The notes: generated from the sequence alone by a model not told the origin. Shown: positions 1-10,300, numbered from the stretch's first letter. The stretch is 64,000 nucleotides of DNA from an uncultured Acidobacteriota bacterium (GCA_963713825.1 CAVQNG010000003.1:1839116-1903115); one strand, 5' to 3'. Made by a program: numbers and translations.

Positions 1-1054
1 TCCAGTCGGAACAAGTTCCATTGTCCCGGAGTCCGTCGCTGGCGGTCGCCGTCCACACCGCAATGTATGAAGAATACCTGCCCAGCTCTGACACATTGAT
101 GGAGGCCTCGAGTGATCCGTCCAACATGTCGGCCAGCGAGTCGGCCACCTTGACGCCATCCGGGCGGACCCTGGGTCCATCGACCAGAAAGCGATCCTTG
201 GCGTCGGTCGTCGAGTCGGAGATCCAGGCTTTGAAACTCGAAGGATTCGCGAGTGAACCTGCCGCAGCCCGGGCCTGGCAGATGGCATCGGCGGCAGCCA
301 CTCCTGTCTGGCCTCCGGCATCGGGCCAGGAGCCCAAATCTCCCGTGCCCCTCACCGAGGTCACGAAGGCGACGGCACCCGTCTCGGCGGGTGGGGTCAG
401 CGCAGGCCCCGATCCCGGCTCGAAGCAAAAGAGGTGAGCCGCGCCGGCACACGCCGGTGATCCGGTGTTGGTCCAGCTATACGAGCCTCGAGCCGTGCTT
501 CCCACTTGTACAGCGACCGCAGGCGTGGCGGTCCAGTCCCCGCAGGTGCTGTGATTCGTGTCCAGAGTTCCTTCTGCGTCGGTTGCCGTAAAGACCGAGC
601 CTGGAACGGACTCGCCATCTTCGTCGGCTGCCAGGGGGTAATAGACGACGGCTTCGGGAGGAACAAGCCGGTCGATTGTTTCGCTGAACGGCAGGCCGTC
701 GGTCCGAACCCACGGGCCAGCGGCGACGGGAAGTTGTGCCTGGCCGCAATTGGCTGACTTCTTGCCGGTGAACCCATGCAACCTGCAGTAGGCGTCATCT
801 GTACTCGTCGAAAGCCAGGCGATGAAGGTGTCGGCGTTCTGGAGCCCCGCGTCCGTGGCGAGAGTGCGGCAGATCTCGTCGCCGGCGCTAGCCCCGACGG
901 CACTGCCTGCTTCAGGCCAGCTGCCGAGATCGGCCGTGCCAGTCACCGAGGTGACAAAGGCGACTTTCGGCTGCTGCGCCTCGAGCGCCGACACGAAGGC
1001 GCAAGAAAAGAGAAGAATTGTCCAGAGCCGAATCCGGCTGGTCGTCGGTTGCAT
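1..1054 (-). CDS. Secreted Cys-rich protein with two DUF1554/endostatin-like repeats; 3' end runs off the window; paralog of 1165..2427
   Basis: Not in the ORF track because there is no stop in the window. Manual translation from ATG 1054 (GAGGAGG RBS upstream): MQPTTSRIRLWTILLFSCAFVSALEAQQPKVAFVTSVTGTADLGSW...AADAICQARAAAGSLANPSSFKAWISDST, collinear with the neighbouring gene. Confidence 0.85.
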   Translation of the reverse strand, partial: MQPTTSRIRLWTILLFSCAFVSALEAQQPKVAFVTSVTGTADLGSWPEAGSAVGASAGDEICRTLATDAGLQNADTFIAWLSTSTDDAYCRLHGFTGKKSANCGQAQLPVAAGPWVRTDGLPFSETIDRLVPPEAVVYYPLAADEDGESVPGSVFTATDAEGTLDTNHSTCGDWTATPAVAVQVGSTARGSYSWTNTGSPACAGAAHLFCFEPGSGPALTPPAETGAVAFVTSVRGTGDLGSWPDAGGQTGVAAADAICQARAAAGSLANPSSFKAWISDSTTDAKDRFLVDGPRVRPDGVKVADSLADMLDGSLEASINVSELGRYSSYIAVWTATASDGLRDNGTCSDW

Positions 1055-1164
1055 ACTGCCTCCTCGCCCGCCAACCGGTATCCGGAGGCAGTGTTGGTAG
1101 ATCAAACTGTTCGCGGTTGCGCTGATGGGCACTCTAGCATGGTGCCCCCGGGGGGGGGGCATTC

Positions 1165-2427
1165 TCAGCGAAAAATCAGCGGCCGCTGGACCACCGACGA
1201 CCAGGCTGTCGTGTCCCCCGACTCGAAGCCGTCGGAGAAGATCGGCTCGGGTGGATCCTCGATGCAATAGAGACGCGAGTTGGCGAAGCTGCAGCTCGGG
1301 CTGTAGTACACGGTCCACGTGCTGTCCGCCCCAAAGGTGGTGCCCGCGCGAGCGGTATCTCCTCCGCTGGCCGAGGTCCAGTCTGAGCAAGTTCCGTCGA
1401 GGAGCCATCCTTCCGAGTTGGTCGCCGTCCAGGCCGCGTCGTTCGTGAGATAGGTCCCGAGCTCGGTTACGTTGATAGACGCATTGAGGGAGCCGTCCAG
1501 TAGGTCGGCGAACGAGTCCGCCACCTTGACTCCGTCTGGCCGCACTCTCGGTCCATCCGTGAGGAGGCGGTCCCTGGCATGGGTTGCCGAGTCGGACAGC
1601 CAGGCTCTGAATCTCGAGGGATTGGGCAGCGACGCCACCGCGGCCCGTACCTGACAGATGGCATCCGCCGCAGCCAATCCGGTCTGGCTTCCGGCGTCGG
1701 TCCAGGAGCCCAGGTCAGCTGATCCCGATACCGACGTCGCGAATGCAAGAGCACCAGTCTCCGCTGGTGGCGTGAGAGCGGGTCCCGCTCCAGGTTCGAG
1801 GCAAATCAGATGATTCGCCACATCGCATCGGTTGCTACCCATATTGGTCCAGCCCGCGGAACCGCGCGCCGTTCCGCCAAGGACCACGCCATCCGGAATA
1901 GTCGAGGTCCAATCTGTGCAGGTGACGGGGTTCGGTGACACAGTGCCATTGGACATGGTTGCCGTCATCATGTATCCCTCGACGGGGTTTCCATCTTCAT
2001 CGGCTGCCAGAGGGTAGTAGACGACTGATTCAGGGAGCAGTAGCCGGTCGATACTCTCCCCGAACGGCAAGCCGTCGGTCCGAACCCACGGGCCAGCATC
2101 GACGGGCAGCTCGGCCTGACCACAGTTTGCGGACTTCTTGCCGCTGAATCCATGCAGCCTGCAGTAGGCATCATCGGTGCTCGTCGAGAGCCATGCGATG
2201 AAGGTGCCCGCATTGGCGAGTCCAGCGTCGGTGGCGAGAGTCCGGCAGATCGCGTCGCCGGCGGCCGCTCCGACGGCACTCCCTGCCTCTGGCCAGCTGC
2301 CCAGGTCGGCAGTGCCGTTCACCGAGGTCACAAAGGCGACTTTCTGTTGGGCTTCGAGCGCAGGGGAAGACAGCCCGACGAGAACGAAGATCATCCACGC
2401 CAGGTAGCGGTAGCTGGTAGGTCCCAT
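1165..2427 (-). CDS. Secreted DUF1554/endostatin-like tandem-domain protein with C-terminal FSDGFESGD tail
   Basis: Signal peptide; two repeats of AFxTSVxGxADLGSW...DAICxxxA...FxAWLS; ends IFSDGFESGDTTAWS; GGAGG RBS before ATG 2427. Confidence 0.8.
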   Translation of the reverse strand: MGPTSYRYLAWMIFVLVGLSSPALEAQQKVAFVTSVNGTADLGSWPEAGSAVGAAAGDAICRTLATDAGLANAGTFIAWLSTSTDDAYCRLHGFSGKKSANCGQAELPVDAGPWVRTDGLPFGESIDRLLLPESVVYYPLAADEDGNPVEGYMMTATMSNGTVSPNPVTCTDWTSTIPDGVVLGGTARGSAGWTNMGSNRCDVANHLICLEPGAGPALTPPAETGALAFATSVSGSADLGSWTDAGSQTGLAAADAICQVRAAVASLPNPSRFRAWLSDSATHARDRLLTDGPRVRPDGVKVADSFADLLDGSLNASINVTELGTYLTNDAAWTATNSEGWLLDGTCSDWTSASGGDTARAGTTFGADSTWTVYYSPSCSFANSRLYCIEDPPEPIFSDGFESGDTTAWSSVVQRPLIFR

Positions 2428-2585
2428 GGCACCTCCCACCTCCGAAATGGAGCTGTAGCGACTGTCAAGTCGTTGAGAAAAGACTGTCTCGGCACAAAAA
2501 GCCTAGCACAGGGAGAGTCTCCCAACTAACAGCAGTCCTGCGCCGGAAATGGTACGTTCGGCCCTATTCCAGAAGGGGTGGAGCC

Positions 2586-3707
2586 ATGAAGAGACGTGTC
2601 ATCTCGAGCCTTCTACTTGTGAGCTTTCTGGCGGTGCCGATGTTCGGTTCGCGGAGCACCTACGACGGGCCGACGTTGCGAGACAACTACGACGGCCCCA
2701 TCCTTGTCGACAACTCCCAGCTGCGCTACCGCGGTGCCGACATGCTGAGCTTCGACACGGCCGTGTACCTGGAGCACGAGGCTCCCAACTTGATGCCGCT
2801 CCGCCCGGCGATCGACACCTGGGCTGCCATGCACGCCATTCATCCACGGGTGCTGATTCAGGTGCTGCGTGCGTACTGGCCGGTGGCGCCGACCTCGGGG
2901 AACATGGTCGAGAAGCAGACTGTCCACCAGATCGCCACCGGAATCGCTATGGTCTACCTGCGGCATCCTGAGGACCCCCTGGCAGCCTCGAAAGCGGTGA
3001 TGGCCATCGCGGATGCCTACCATCTGAGGGTCGACCTGCCCGCCGAGCTGGCCAGGGGCCGGCACCTTCCGACACCCACGGCGCCACTGGTCTTCGGTTG
3101 GTTCCAGCCGCCTTGGACGATTGGCGACACCTGGGCCGGAGGCGGTGCTCACGGTGACACTGGCAGCGGGGTCCGCAACGCGCTCGACTACTGGGGACAA
3201 TGGCGCGATTGGGGTGCGGACTTGAGCCAATGGTGGGTGGCGGCGACCCAGGCCGGTACCGCACGAGTATGGTCCGAGTGCAGCGTATCGGTGTATCACG
3301 CCGATGACTGGGTGTCGACTTACTACCACCTGGAGAATATTCAGATTGCGGACCGCCAAGTCGTGGAACGAAACACGGTGATCTCGAACTACGCCAACGA
3401 CAAGCCGACGGCACTTTGCCAGGGGGGCTCGTCCACGGGACCGCATCTCCACTCGGCTCTCTACCACAATGGCAACCGCGTCGAGATCGATGAGGCCAAC
3501 GTGGACTTCACCGCCTTCTCGCATCACGCTGGCGAGGGCCAGTACGACTTCAACTGTGCCACCTCCTGGTACACCCACGACACCAACGGCAAGGTCTGCC
3601 CCTCGGCGGACCAACTCTGGAACAATGCTCCGCCCCCGAGCCCCATGCCCTTCATCGACGGCTTCGAGTCCGGCGACACCGCGGCCTGGACGAGCACTAC
3701 CCAGTAG
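2586..3707 (+). CDS. Secreted M23A (LasA/beta-lytic-like) Zn metallopeptidase preproprotein with FIDGFESGD tail
   Basis: Signal peptide and propeptide; GAHGDTGSG...ALD, TYYHLENIQI and CQGGSSTGPHLH motifs match the LasA-type mature domain. Confidence 0.85.
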   Translation: MKRRVISSLLLVSFLAVPMFGSRSTYDGPTLRDNYDGPILVDNSQLRYRGADMLSFDTAVYLEHEAPNLMPLRPAIDTWAAMHAIHPRVLIQVLRAYWPVAPTSGNMVEKQTVHQIATGIAMVYLRHPEDPLAASKAVMAIADAYHLRVDLPAELARGRHLPTPTAPLVFGWFQPPWTIGDTWAGGGAHGDTGSGVRNALDYWGQWRDWGADLSQWWVAATQAGTARVWSECSVSVYHADDWVSTYYHLENIQIADRQVVERNTVISNYANDKPTALCQGGSSTGPHLHSALYHNGNRVEIDEANVDFTAFSHHAGEGQYDFNCATSWYTHDTNGKVCPSADQLWNNAPPPSPMPFIDGFESGDTAAWTSTTQ

Positions 3708-3720
3708 CAATCGTCAGAAT

Positions 3721-3775
3721 GTAGGGGAGAGGTTCACCCCCTCCCGCGGGCGGGGGTAGGCCCCCAGGCCCCTAC
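3721..3775 (+). repeat. GTAG-type REP doublet (REPIN-like)
   Basis: GTAGGGGAGAGGTTCACCCCCTCCC...GCCCCTAC, an inverted pair just after the M23 stop codon. Confidence 0.7.
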
Positions 3776-3882
3776 GACCCCAAGCCCTATTGGCGCAGGC
3801 TCCTCGGACGGACCGACCTGATCGGTGCCGTCGGCTTCAATGCTGTTGTCCTACAATGTCCGCTCAGTTGAAAGGAGAGCCG

Positions 3883-4362
3883 ATGAGCACCCGCGTCCTG
3901 CCGACACAGATTTACTACAACCTCGGAGCCCTGAAGATGAACCTCGAGGGGCTGACCCACGAGGAGAGCCTCGTTCAGCCGCAGCCAGCCGGCAACTGCC
4001 TCAATTGGATCGTCGGTCACATCCTGGCCAACCGCGCTGGCATTCTCGGTTTGCTGGGTAAGGACCCGGTGTGGAACGAGAAGGAAGCGGCACCCTACCA
4101 AAGAGGTTCCGAGCCACTGACGGATCCGGCGCTGGCCAAAGATCTCGATGAGCTCGTTGCGATGCTCGAGAACTCGCAGGAGTCGATTCTCACGGGGATT
4201 GCTGAAATCTCAGCCGAGGGCCTGCAAGCACCGGCGCCCAGTGGCAAAGAGGGAGAAACGGTTGAGACTGGCCTTGCGGCTCTCGTCTTTCACGAGGCCT
4301 ACCATGTGGGAGAGACGGGCATCCTGCGTCGCTTGCTCGGCCACGAGGGAGCCATCGGATAA
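3883..4362 (+). CDS. DinB/YfiT-like family protein
   Basis: NCLNWIVGH...FHEAYHVGE histidine pattern; AAGGAG RBS before ATG 3883. Confidence 0.8.
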   Translation: MSTRVLPTQIYYNLGALKMNLEGLTHEESLVQPQPAGNCLNWIVGHILANRAGILGLLGKDPVWNEKEAAPYQRGSEPLTDPALAKDLDELVAMLENSQESILTGIAEISAEGLQAPAPSGKEGETVETGLAALVFHEAYHVGETGILRRLLGHEGAIG

Positions 4363-4365
4363 CGC

Positions 4366-4446
4366 GGGCGGGGGCAAGCCCCGCCCCTACATTGAGAGCG
4401 GTAGGTGCCGCCTTCGGGCCACGAGCGGGGCAAACCCCTTTCCTAC
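4366..4446 (-). repeat. GTAG-type REP hairpins, two copies
   Basis: Reverse complement of GTAGGGGCGGGGCTTGCCCCCGCCC at 4366-4390; degenerate copy at 4423-4446 overlapping the stop of the 717-aa gene. Confidence 0.7.
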
Positions 4447-6596
4447 AGTGTCGGTGGGCCGTCTTCGGATGCGACCGGTCGGTCTCCAGAAAGGCTGCGT
4501 ACCCGGCCTGTCACCGTTCCGTCAGGTGAGATCGTGAGCAGCGCTTGACCTTGTAGGTCGCCCAACCACAGGCTGCCATCCAGAGCTACAGCCATGGTCG
4601 ACGGAGCTTCGAGGGCTTCGGAGTCGAGAAAGACCCATGGGTCTTCACATCGGTCCGCGCAGTCCAGCGCCCAGATCTTCTTTCCCCTAGCATCAGCCAC
4701 ATAGAGTCGCTGTTGACCCTGTCCATATTCGAGCGTTATGGGATAACCCAGCGTGTCGGCTACGAACTGGAGCCGTGGTGTCTCCGTGTCTGTTTGGACG
4801 ATCCAGAGCGTGCCGGTTGCCCCCTGAGCCGCGAACAGCCGTCTGTGGGAAGTGTCGAAATGCAAGGCCGTTGCTGGCGTTCCACCGGGCAAGTCCAGCA
4901 TTTTCTCTGGGTTGGGTGAGTCCTGCGTGAGGTCTGCGACCCATAGTCCTGGACCCTCTTGCCCGTCATGACTCAGGTAGAGGACCTTGCTCTGCACATC
5001 GAAGGCGGCAGCATTGAAACACTCGGAGCCGGCGACAGGTATCCGCCCCAGTTCTCGATAGCCGTCATTGTCCACCTGGAACTCGTAGACCTCCGTTTGG
5101 CATTTGGATGAGCCACGGCCCTCGGGTCTCGAAATCGCTGCGTAGGCCAGGTGTCCAGCCACATGAAAGCCTATGCCCTGGTTGGGATCGATGGACGGGC
5201 TCAGACAGGACAGGAAGACTGGTCGATCCGAGCCCGGACGCACCGAGTACACGGCGCGCGAACGGTCCAGGAACAAAGCACTGCCATCGGGTCGGGGAGC
5301 CACCGCCACCGGCCGAACCCCGTCTTCGCGAACCACGGTTGTCGTGATTCCTTCGTTGTAGGTGCCGCTCAGGGTGAGGACAGCTTCCATCAGGCGAAAC
5401 GTATCCTCGGTCAGAACGGCGGAGTGATTGGGAATCAATTCGCCGGGCACCTGCATGATCCAGTAGGGGGTGTCGTTGAGCACCCAGGGCTTGCGCCGGA
5501 TGCTGAAACGATGCTCCTCTCCATCGAAGGAGAGGGCCATCTGCTGGGTTTCCGGATCGTACTCTGCCCTGTAGTTGGCGGGCGATGACCTATCCGACTC
5601 TCCCAGGTCCTCGCTGTCACCGGGGGGTCTCTTTGGGCCGACCGTGACCTCGTGGCTGTGCAGTGCCGAGGTGTGACCCGCCGTGTGGGTGTACAGATGC
5701 TGTTGCTTGGAAATTGGGCTGCAATACTCCTGTCCGTAGTCGCGGAACTTCTTGTTCATCGCCTTGATGCTCATGCCGATTGGGAAGAAGAGGCTGGTCG
5801 CCTTGTCGGTCTGCGAGGTGAAAGAGACCAGGAGCGGTCGCTCATAGCGGTTGCCTCTCTTGTCGACTCGATAGGTCTTGAGTCGATTGCGAGCCAGAAT
5901 GTCGACCATCTGTTTGGTCTGGCTCGCCGAGCCGGCCGGGTTGAGAAGCACGACCAGATCGGCCGGGAAGATCAGCTCCTGCTCGGGCGAGGCCAGAAGG
6001 GCGCTTATCGCGGCCTGGGCCAGGGCCCGCTCGAGGATCATCGAGCCGAACGAATGGCCGATCAGCACGGAGCGCGAGTTCGGATTGACCCGCATCGTCG
6101 TCAGGATTCGATAGATGGCCTCGGTCGCCGAGGCACCGGCGATCCGTTCCGCTGCGCCGCGCCGGTTGTAGAAGGAGGCCTCCCGAATCAGGGGAACATT
6201 AGAGACCCTGCCCCTCCAGCCGAGATAGACCCCCATCACCGGAATGCCGACCCCGGGGAACCGCTGCTCGATGTCCTCTTCAAGGCGAGTCAGGAATTTG
6301 CGGTACTGATAGATGGACCCCTTGTCCGCTTGGTCTTCGCGCGGGGAAGCGTCGTTGTTCCAGCCGTGGACGAACACCACGAGAGCAACTCCCGGGCCGC
6401 TGTTGAGTCGCTCGAGGTGCGCCAGGGCGCTGTCGAGCTGTGAGGGCGACCATAGCTCCCCCTGATCGTCGAACTCGATGAAGGCCAGGCTGTAGTCGGC
6501 ATGCTCCTCGAGACTCGTGGGTCGATACATACGGTGCGCCGTGCACGACAGTGCAAAGAGCCCGGCAAGCAGGGGGACGATAAATCTCCGAAGCAT
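4443..6596 (-). CDS. Putative lipoprotein: alpha/beta-hydrolase domain plus C-terminal beta-propeller
   Basis: Lipobox-like LFALSC; FVHGWNN oxyanion motif; GHSFG nucleophile elbow; propeller-like repeats (RLYVAD, SLWLGD) in the C-terminal half. Confidence 0.7.
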   Translation of the reverse strand: MLRRFIVPLLAGLFALSCTAHRMYRPTSLEEHADYSLAFIEFDDQGELWSPSQLDSALAHLERLNSGPGVALVVFVHGWNNDASPREDQADKGSIYQYRKFLTRLEEDIEQRFPGVGIPVMGVYLGWRGRVSNVPLIREASFYNRRGAAERIAGASATEAIYRILTTMRVNPNSRSVLIGHSFGSMILERALAQAAISALLASPEQELIFPADLVVLLNPAGSASQTKQMVDILARNRLKTYRVDKRGNRYERPLLVSFTSQTDKATSLFFPIGMSIKAMNKKFRDYGQEYCSPISKQQHLYTHTAGHTSALHSHEVTVGPKRPPGDSEDLGESDRSSPANYRAEYDPETQQMALSFDGEEHRFSIRRKPWVLNDTPYWIMQVPGELIPNHSAVLTEDTFRLMEAVLTLSGTYNEGITTTVVREDGVRPVAVAPRPDGSALFLDRSRAVYSVRPGSDRPVFLSCLSPSIDPNQGIGFHVAGHLAYAAISRPEGRGSSKCQTEVYEFQVDNDGYRELGRIPVAGSECFNAAAFDVQSKVLYLSHDGQEGPGLWVADLTQDSPNPEKMLDLPGGTPATALHFDTSHRRLFAAQGATGTLWIVQTDTETPRLQFVADTLGYPITLEYGQGQQRLYVADARGKKIWALDCADRCEDPWVFLDSEALEAPSTMAVALDGSLWLGDLQGQALLTISPDGTVTGRVRSLSGDRPVASEDGPPTL

Positions 6597-6598
6597 GG

Positions 6599-7396
6599 CT
6601 AGAGGAAGTCGAGGATCAATTGGTTCACTCTCTCGGGCCGTTCCAGTGGCGAGATATGACCGGCGCCGTAGATGACGTGAAACATCGAGTCTGGCATCGC
6701 CGCCGCGACATCGCGCATCTCGGCTACCGGTGTGATGACGTCGTGCTCGCCGCAGAGCAGGAGAGCCGGCAGTTCGATGTTCGGCAGTTCGTCGGTCATG
6801 TCGGGCCGCTCCGCCATGCCTCGTAGCGCTGCGGCGATGGTGGCTGGTCGGGTCGAAGCCATGACCCGTTTCGTTGCCTCGACGCAGGGCGGATTGGATT
6901 CGAGGCTTCGAGGCGCAAAGAGCTTGGGCAGCATCGAATCGGCAACGGGCAACGAGCCCTCTGCGAGCACCGTTCCGGCCAGCGCCAGCCGACCCTGCGC
7001 CCCTTCAGGCGTGTCACTGGCGGCGCGGGTGTCGCACAGGATCAGCTTCTCGAGCCTCTCCCGGTGATGCCGCCAGAACTGCCAGGCGACGTAGCCGCCC
7101 ATCGACAGCCCACAGAAAGTGATGGGCTCTCGAATCTCCAAGGCATCGAGCAGTCCGGCCAGGTCGTCCGCATACTGCTGCATGGTGGTCTTTGCGCCAT
7201 CACCACCGCCTGGGCCTGCGCTCTCGCCGAAGCCGCGCAGATCGGCTGCGATAACGCGACAACGAATCGCCAGCGCATCGATCTGCTCCGACCACATGCT
7301 GTGGTCGAGTGGGAAGCCGTGTACCAGCAGAAGAACTGGGCCGGCCCCACGGTCTTTGAAAGCCAACTCGACTTCGCCAACAGAGATTCTTCGCAT
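6599..7396 (-). CDS. Alpha/beta fold hydrolase (enol-lactonase-like)
   Basis: LLVHGFPLDHSMW, GLSMGG, GEHD, GHISPLE motifs; start uncertain (7396 or 7426). Confidence 0.85.
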   Translation of the reverse strand: MRRISVGEVELAFKDRGAGPVLLLVHGFPLDHSMWSEQIDALAIRCRVIAADLRGFGESAGPGGGDGAKTTMQQYADDLAGLLDALEIREPITFCGLSMGGYVAWQFWRHHRERLEKLILCDTRAASDTPEGAQGRLALAGTVLAEGSLPVADSMLPKLFAPRSLESNPPCVEATKRVMASTRPATIAAALRGMAERPDMTDELPNIELPALLLCGEHDVITPVAEMRDVAAAMPDSMFHVIYGAGHISPLERPERVNQLILDFL

Positions 7397-7557
7397 CCTG
7401 GGCCTCCTCGGGCAGAGCGCAGGCACCCGCCATGAAGGTGCCTGGCACCTATCCTATCGGTCCGGGGTCAGCCAACGTGACAGAATCTCACTTTGCAAGT
7501 GTCGGAGTTTCTGCCCTCCAAAGGGTCTGGAATCGATAGCGCGAAGGGAGCAACGGA

Positions 7558-8157
7558 ATGAGGGTCTTGGTGGTAGGAGCGTCAGGGACGATCGGGCGAG
7601 CCGTCGTCGCGGAACTGGAGGATCGGCACGATGTGGTCTCTGCGGGACGCACCTCGGGTGCGGTGAGACTGGATATCACCGTCAGGGAGTCCATCCGAGC
7701 AACCTTCGAGAAGTTCGGTTCGGTCGATGCCGTCGTGTCGGCTTCCGGGTCGGTGAAGTTCGCACCATTCGGCGACATGAGCCATGACGACTACACTCTC
7801 GGCCTCGAGGACAAGCTAATGGGGCAGGTCAACCTGGTCTTGATTGGGCGTGACTACGTCTCGGACGGTGGGTCGTTTACGCTCACCTCTGGGGTGCTCG
7901 ACAGCGATCCCATCGTGGCGGGCTCATCGGCCTCGATGGTCAACGGGGCGCTGAACTCCTTCGTTCGAGCCGCCGCCATCGAGATGCCGCGAGGCCAGCG
8001 CATCAACGTGGTGAGCCCTGGAGTGATCGAAGAAGCGATGGAAGCTTACGCGCCTTTCTTCCGAGGCTTCGAACCCGTGCCGGCGTCCCGAGCCGCTCTC
8101 GCCTATGCCAAGAGTGTCGAGGGTGCTCAGACCGGTCAGGTCTTTCGCGTCGTCTAG
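7558..8157 (+). CDS. Short-chain dehydrogenase/reductase
   Basis: VGASGTIG Rossmann motif; RINVVSPG. Confidence 0.85.
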   Translation: MRVLVVGASGTIGRAVVAELEDRHDVVSAGRTSGAVRLDITVRESIRATFEKFGSVDAVVSASGSVKFAPFGDMSHDDYTLGLEDKLMGQVNLVLIGRDYVSDGGSFTLTSGVLDSDPIVAGSSASMVNGALNSFVRAAAIEMPRGQRINVVSPGVIEEAMEAYAPFFRGFEPVPASRAALAYAKSVEGAQTGQVFRVV

Positions 8158-8172
8158 AGAGCGCGGTGCTCT

Positions 8173-8808
8173 ATGAAGCTCATCGACCTTACCCACGTCG
8201 TCAAACCGGGAATGACTGTGTTCCCCGGCACAGAAGCGCCGGTTTTCGAAGTGGGCTCTTCGATCGACAAGGATGGCTTCGAAGAGAAGAAGATCACCAT
8301 GTTCTCCCATACCGGGACGCACATGGACGCTCCGGCACACATCATCGCCGGCGCCCGCAGATTGGACGAGTTTCCCATTGGCAAGTTCTCGGGCCAGGCT
8401 TGCGTCGTCGATGTGGATAGCAACGATGCCGTCAAGATTGATGTGGAAGTGCTAAAGAGCAGGGGCGAGGCGATTCTCGAGTCCGACTTCGTGATCCTGC
8501 GCAGCGGCTGGAGCCAGCTGTGGGACTCCGACGAGTACTTCCGTAATTTCCCTGTCCTGAGCCCTGAAGCAGCTCAGTGGCTCGTCGAGGCGAACATCAA
8601 GGGCGTCGGCCTCGACATGATCTCGGTGGACGAGTGCGATTCCACCGATTTCGCTGTCCACAACATCCTGCTCGGCGCGGATCTGGTGATCATCGAGAAC
8701 CTGACGAACCTGGAGCTGCTGCCCGATTCGGTCTTCTCCTTCTACTGCTTCCCCCTACGCATCGACCAGGCAGACGGCTCCCCAGTGCGTGCTGTGGCTG
8801 CTGTCTGA
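8173..8808 (+). CDS. Cyclase family / kynurenine formamidase-like metal hydrolase
   Basis: HTGTHMDAPAH signature; IIENLTNL; DGSPVRAVA. Confidence 0.9.
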   Translation: MKLIDLTHVVKPGMTVFPGTEAPVFEVGSSIDKDGFEEKKITMFSHTGTHMDAPAHIIAGARRLDEFPIGKFSGQACVVDVDSNDAVKIDVEVLKSRGEAILESDFVILRSGWSQLWDSDEYFRNFPVLSPEAAQWLVEANIKGVGLDMISVDECDSTDFAVHNILLGADLVIIENLTNLELLPDSVFSFYCFPLRIDQADGSPVRAVAAV

Positions 8809-8820
8809 AGCTGCTGCTTT

Positions 8821-9999
8821 TCACTGCACCACGGTAGGCCAGGCCGACAGGTCACCCGACTCGAAATCGTCCTTGAAGATCGCGGTGTCGAGGTGCCCCA
8901 GCGCGACAGCCCTGCTGTTGTCAGTGTCTGCACTGACGTCGCCGCAGGTGAAGCCTCCGTTGCCATCGCCAAGGCAGACACGATCCTCTTCACTCACATT
9001 GGAGAAGACGGCATCGAGATGCGAGTCGTCGTCGATCAGGCCCAGCGCAACGTCAACCGAAGTGTAGCTGACGGCCTCGACGTTGCTGCAGGAGAAGCCG
9101 CCTGTGCCGTCGCCCAGGCAGACGCGATTCGGGTCACCAGCGTTCGCGAAAACAACATCGACGTTGTCGTCGCCGTCAATCAATCCTGACGCCACACTGG
9201 TGGTAGTACCACGTTCGCTCAGATAGCTGCAGGTGAGGCCGCCCAGCCCGTCACCCACACAGAGCTGATTCGATCCGTTCGAGTTGCTGACAACGGCGTC
9301 CAAATGCCGGTCGGAATCGATCCGATCGAGCACGATGTCCGAAGAAAGGGAGCCAACGTCGAGCTCGCTGCAGGAGAAGCCGCCGGCACCATCGCCAAGG
9401 CAGATTTGAGCGTCGGACCCGCTGAAGACCGCGTCGAGGTGGTTGTCGGCGTCCAGCCAGTCCAGCGCGACCGCGGACGTAGTAGTGGGATCGCCCGCGA
9501 AGTCACTACAGGAAAAGCCACCGCTTCCGTCTCCCAAACAGACCCGATCCCACCAGCCGGACGTGGCGAGCACCACATCGAGGTTCAGGTCACCGTCGAC
9601 GAATCCGAGGGCCACTCCGAACGTGTTGATGCTGGACTGGCTGAGGTCGCCACAGGTGAAGTCTCCGAAGCCATCGCCGAGGCAGAGCCGGTTGCCCTTG
9701 TAGGCGTTGGTGGCAAAGATCGCATCGAGATGAACGTCGCCGTCGACCAGTCCGAGTGCTACGTTTTGGGTGATCCTGATGTCGGTCTCGAGGTCGCTGC
9801 AGCTGAATCCACCTGTGCCGTCGCCGAGACAGACCTGGCTTTCGGCGTCGTAGACGGCAAACACGGCATCGAGATTCCCGGCGCCTTTGGCCGGTATCGT
9901 CAGTGAGCCGGAAGCTCCCAGCAACACGAGAATGAAGGCGAGTGGAAGCGAGTTGTGCTTCAGCTGTTCAGGGCTTGGATGTTCCTTGGGTCTCTTCAT
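8821..9999 (-). CDS. Secreted FG-GAP/VCBS-like repeat protein with FKDDFESGD tail
   Basis: About 7 repeats of DxDxHLDAVFxN...VCLGDGxGGFSC. Likely start ATG 9999 (GAGGGG RBS); the track's longer N-terminus overlaps the riboswitch. Confidence 0.8.
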   Translation of the reverse strand: MKRPKEHPSPEQLKHNSLPLAFILVLLGASGSLTIPAKGAGNLDAVFAVYDAESQVCLGDGTGGFSCSDLETDIRITQNVALGLVDGDVHLDAIFATNAYKGNRLCLGDGFGDFTCGDLSQSSINTFGVALGFVDGDLNLDVVLATSGWWDRVCLGDGSGGFSCSDFAGDPTTTSAVALDWLDADNHLDAVFSGSDAQICLGDGAGGFSCSELDVGSLSSDIVLDRIDSDRHLDAVVSNSNGSNQLCVGDGLGGLTCSYLSERGTTTSVASGLIDGDDNVDVVFANAGDPNRVCLGDGTGGFSCSNVEAVSYTSVDVALGLIDDDSHLDAVFSNVSEEDRVCLGDGNGGFTCGDVSADTDNSRAVALGHLDTAIFKDDFESGDLSAWPTVVQ

Positions 10000-10024
10000 T
10001 TTGGTCCCCTCCCGCATGCAGGTA

Positions 10025-10136
10025 GCTGCTTTCGGCAGCCCGGCGATCTTGGGAACCTTCGAGGTCGATGAAGGAGGCGAGGACCCGTGGCTTTGTGCAC
10101 TCAGCCTTTCGACTGGCTTACCCTTGTCGAGGCAGC
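10025..10136 (-). promoter_or_regulatory. c-di-GMP-I (GEMM)-like riboswitch
   Basis: Minus strand reads UCGACAAGGGUAAGCCAGUC-GAAA-GGCUGAGUGCACAAAGCCACGGGUCC...GAUCGCCGGGCUGCCGAA: GAAA tetraloop P2, CAAAGCC junction, GCCGGGCUGCCG 3' end; lies 5' of a secreted-protein gene. Confidence 0.8.
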
Positions 10137-10300
10137 CACTCCCCGCCAGGTGCACCTCGTTCGAATCTGCACCCGCGAGGGTGACTTGCTTGCTTCAGAT
10201 TATAGGATTTCTGTTCCTCCGAGGGTTCCCTTGCTCTCATCCCTCACAGCCTCGACCGAGAGTGATTCTGCAACCTCCTGTCGGTCGGTCACCACTACAC

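Noticed and set aside
10000-10155. N-terminal extension of the FG-GAP protein, and similar peptide in ORF 53532..53816
   Set aside because: The shared peptide (LDKG.PVERLS.QSHGSSPP) is just the translated riboswitch sequence.
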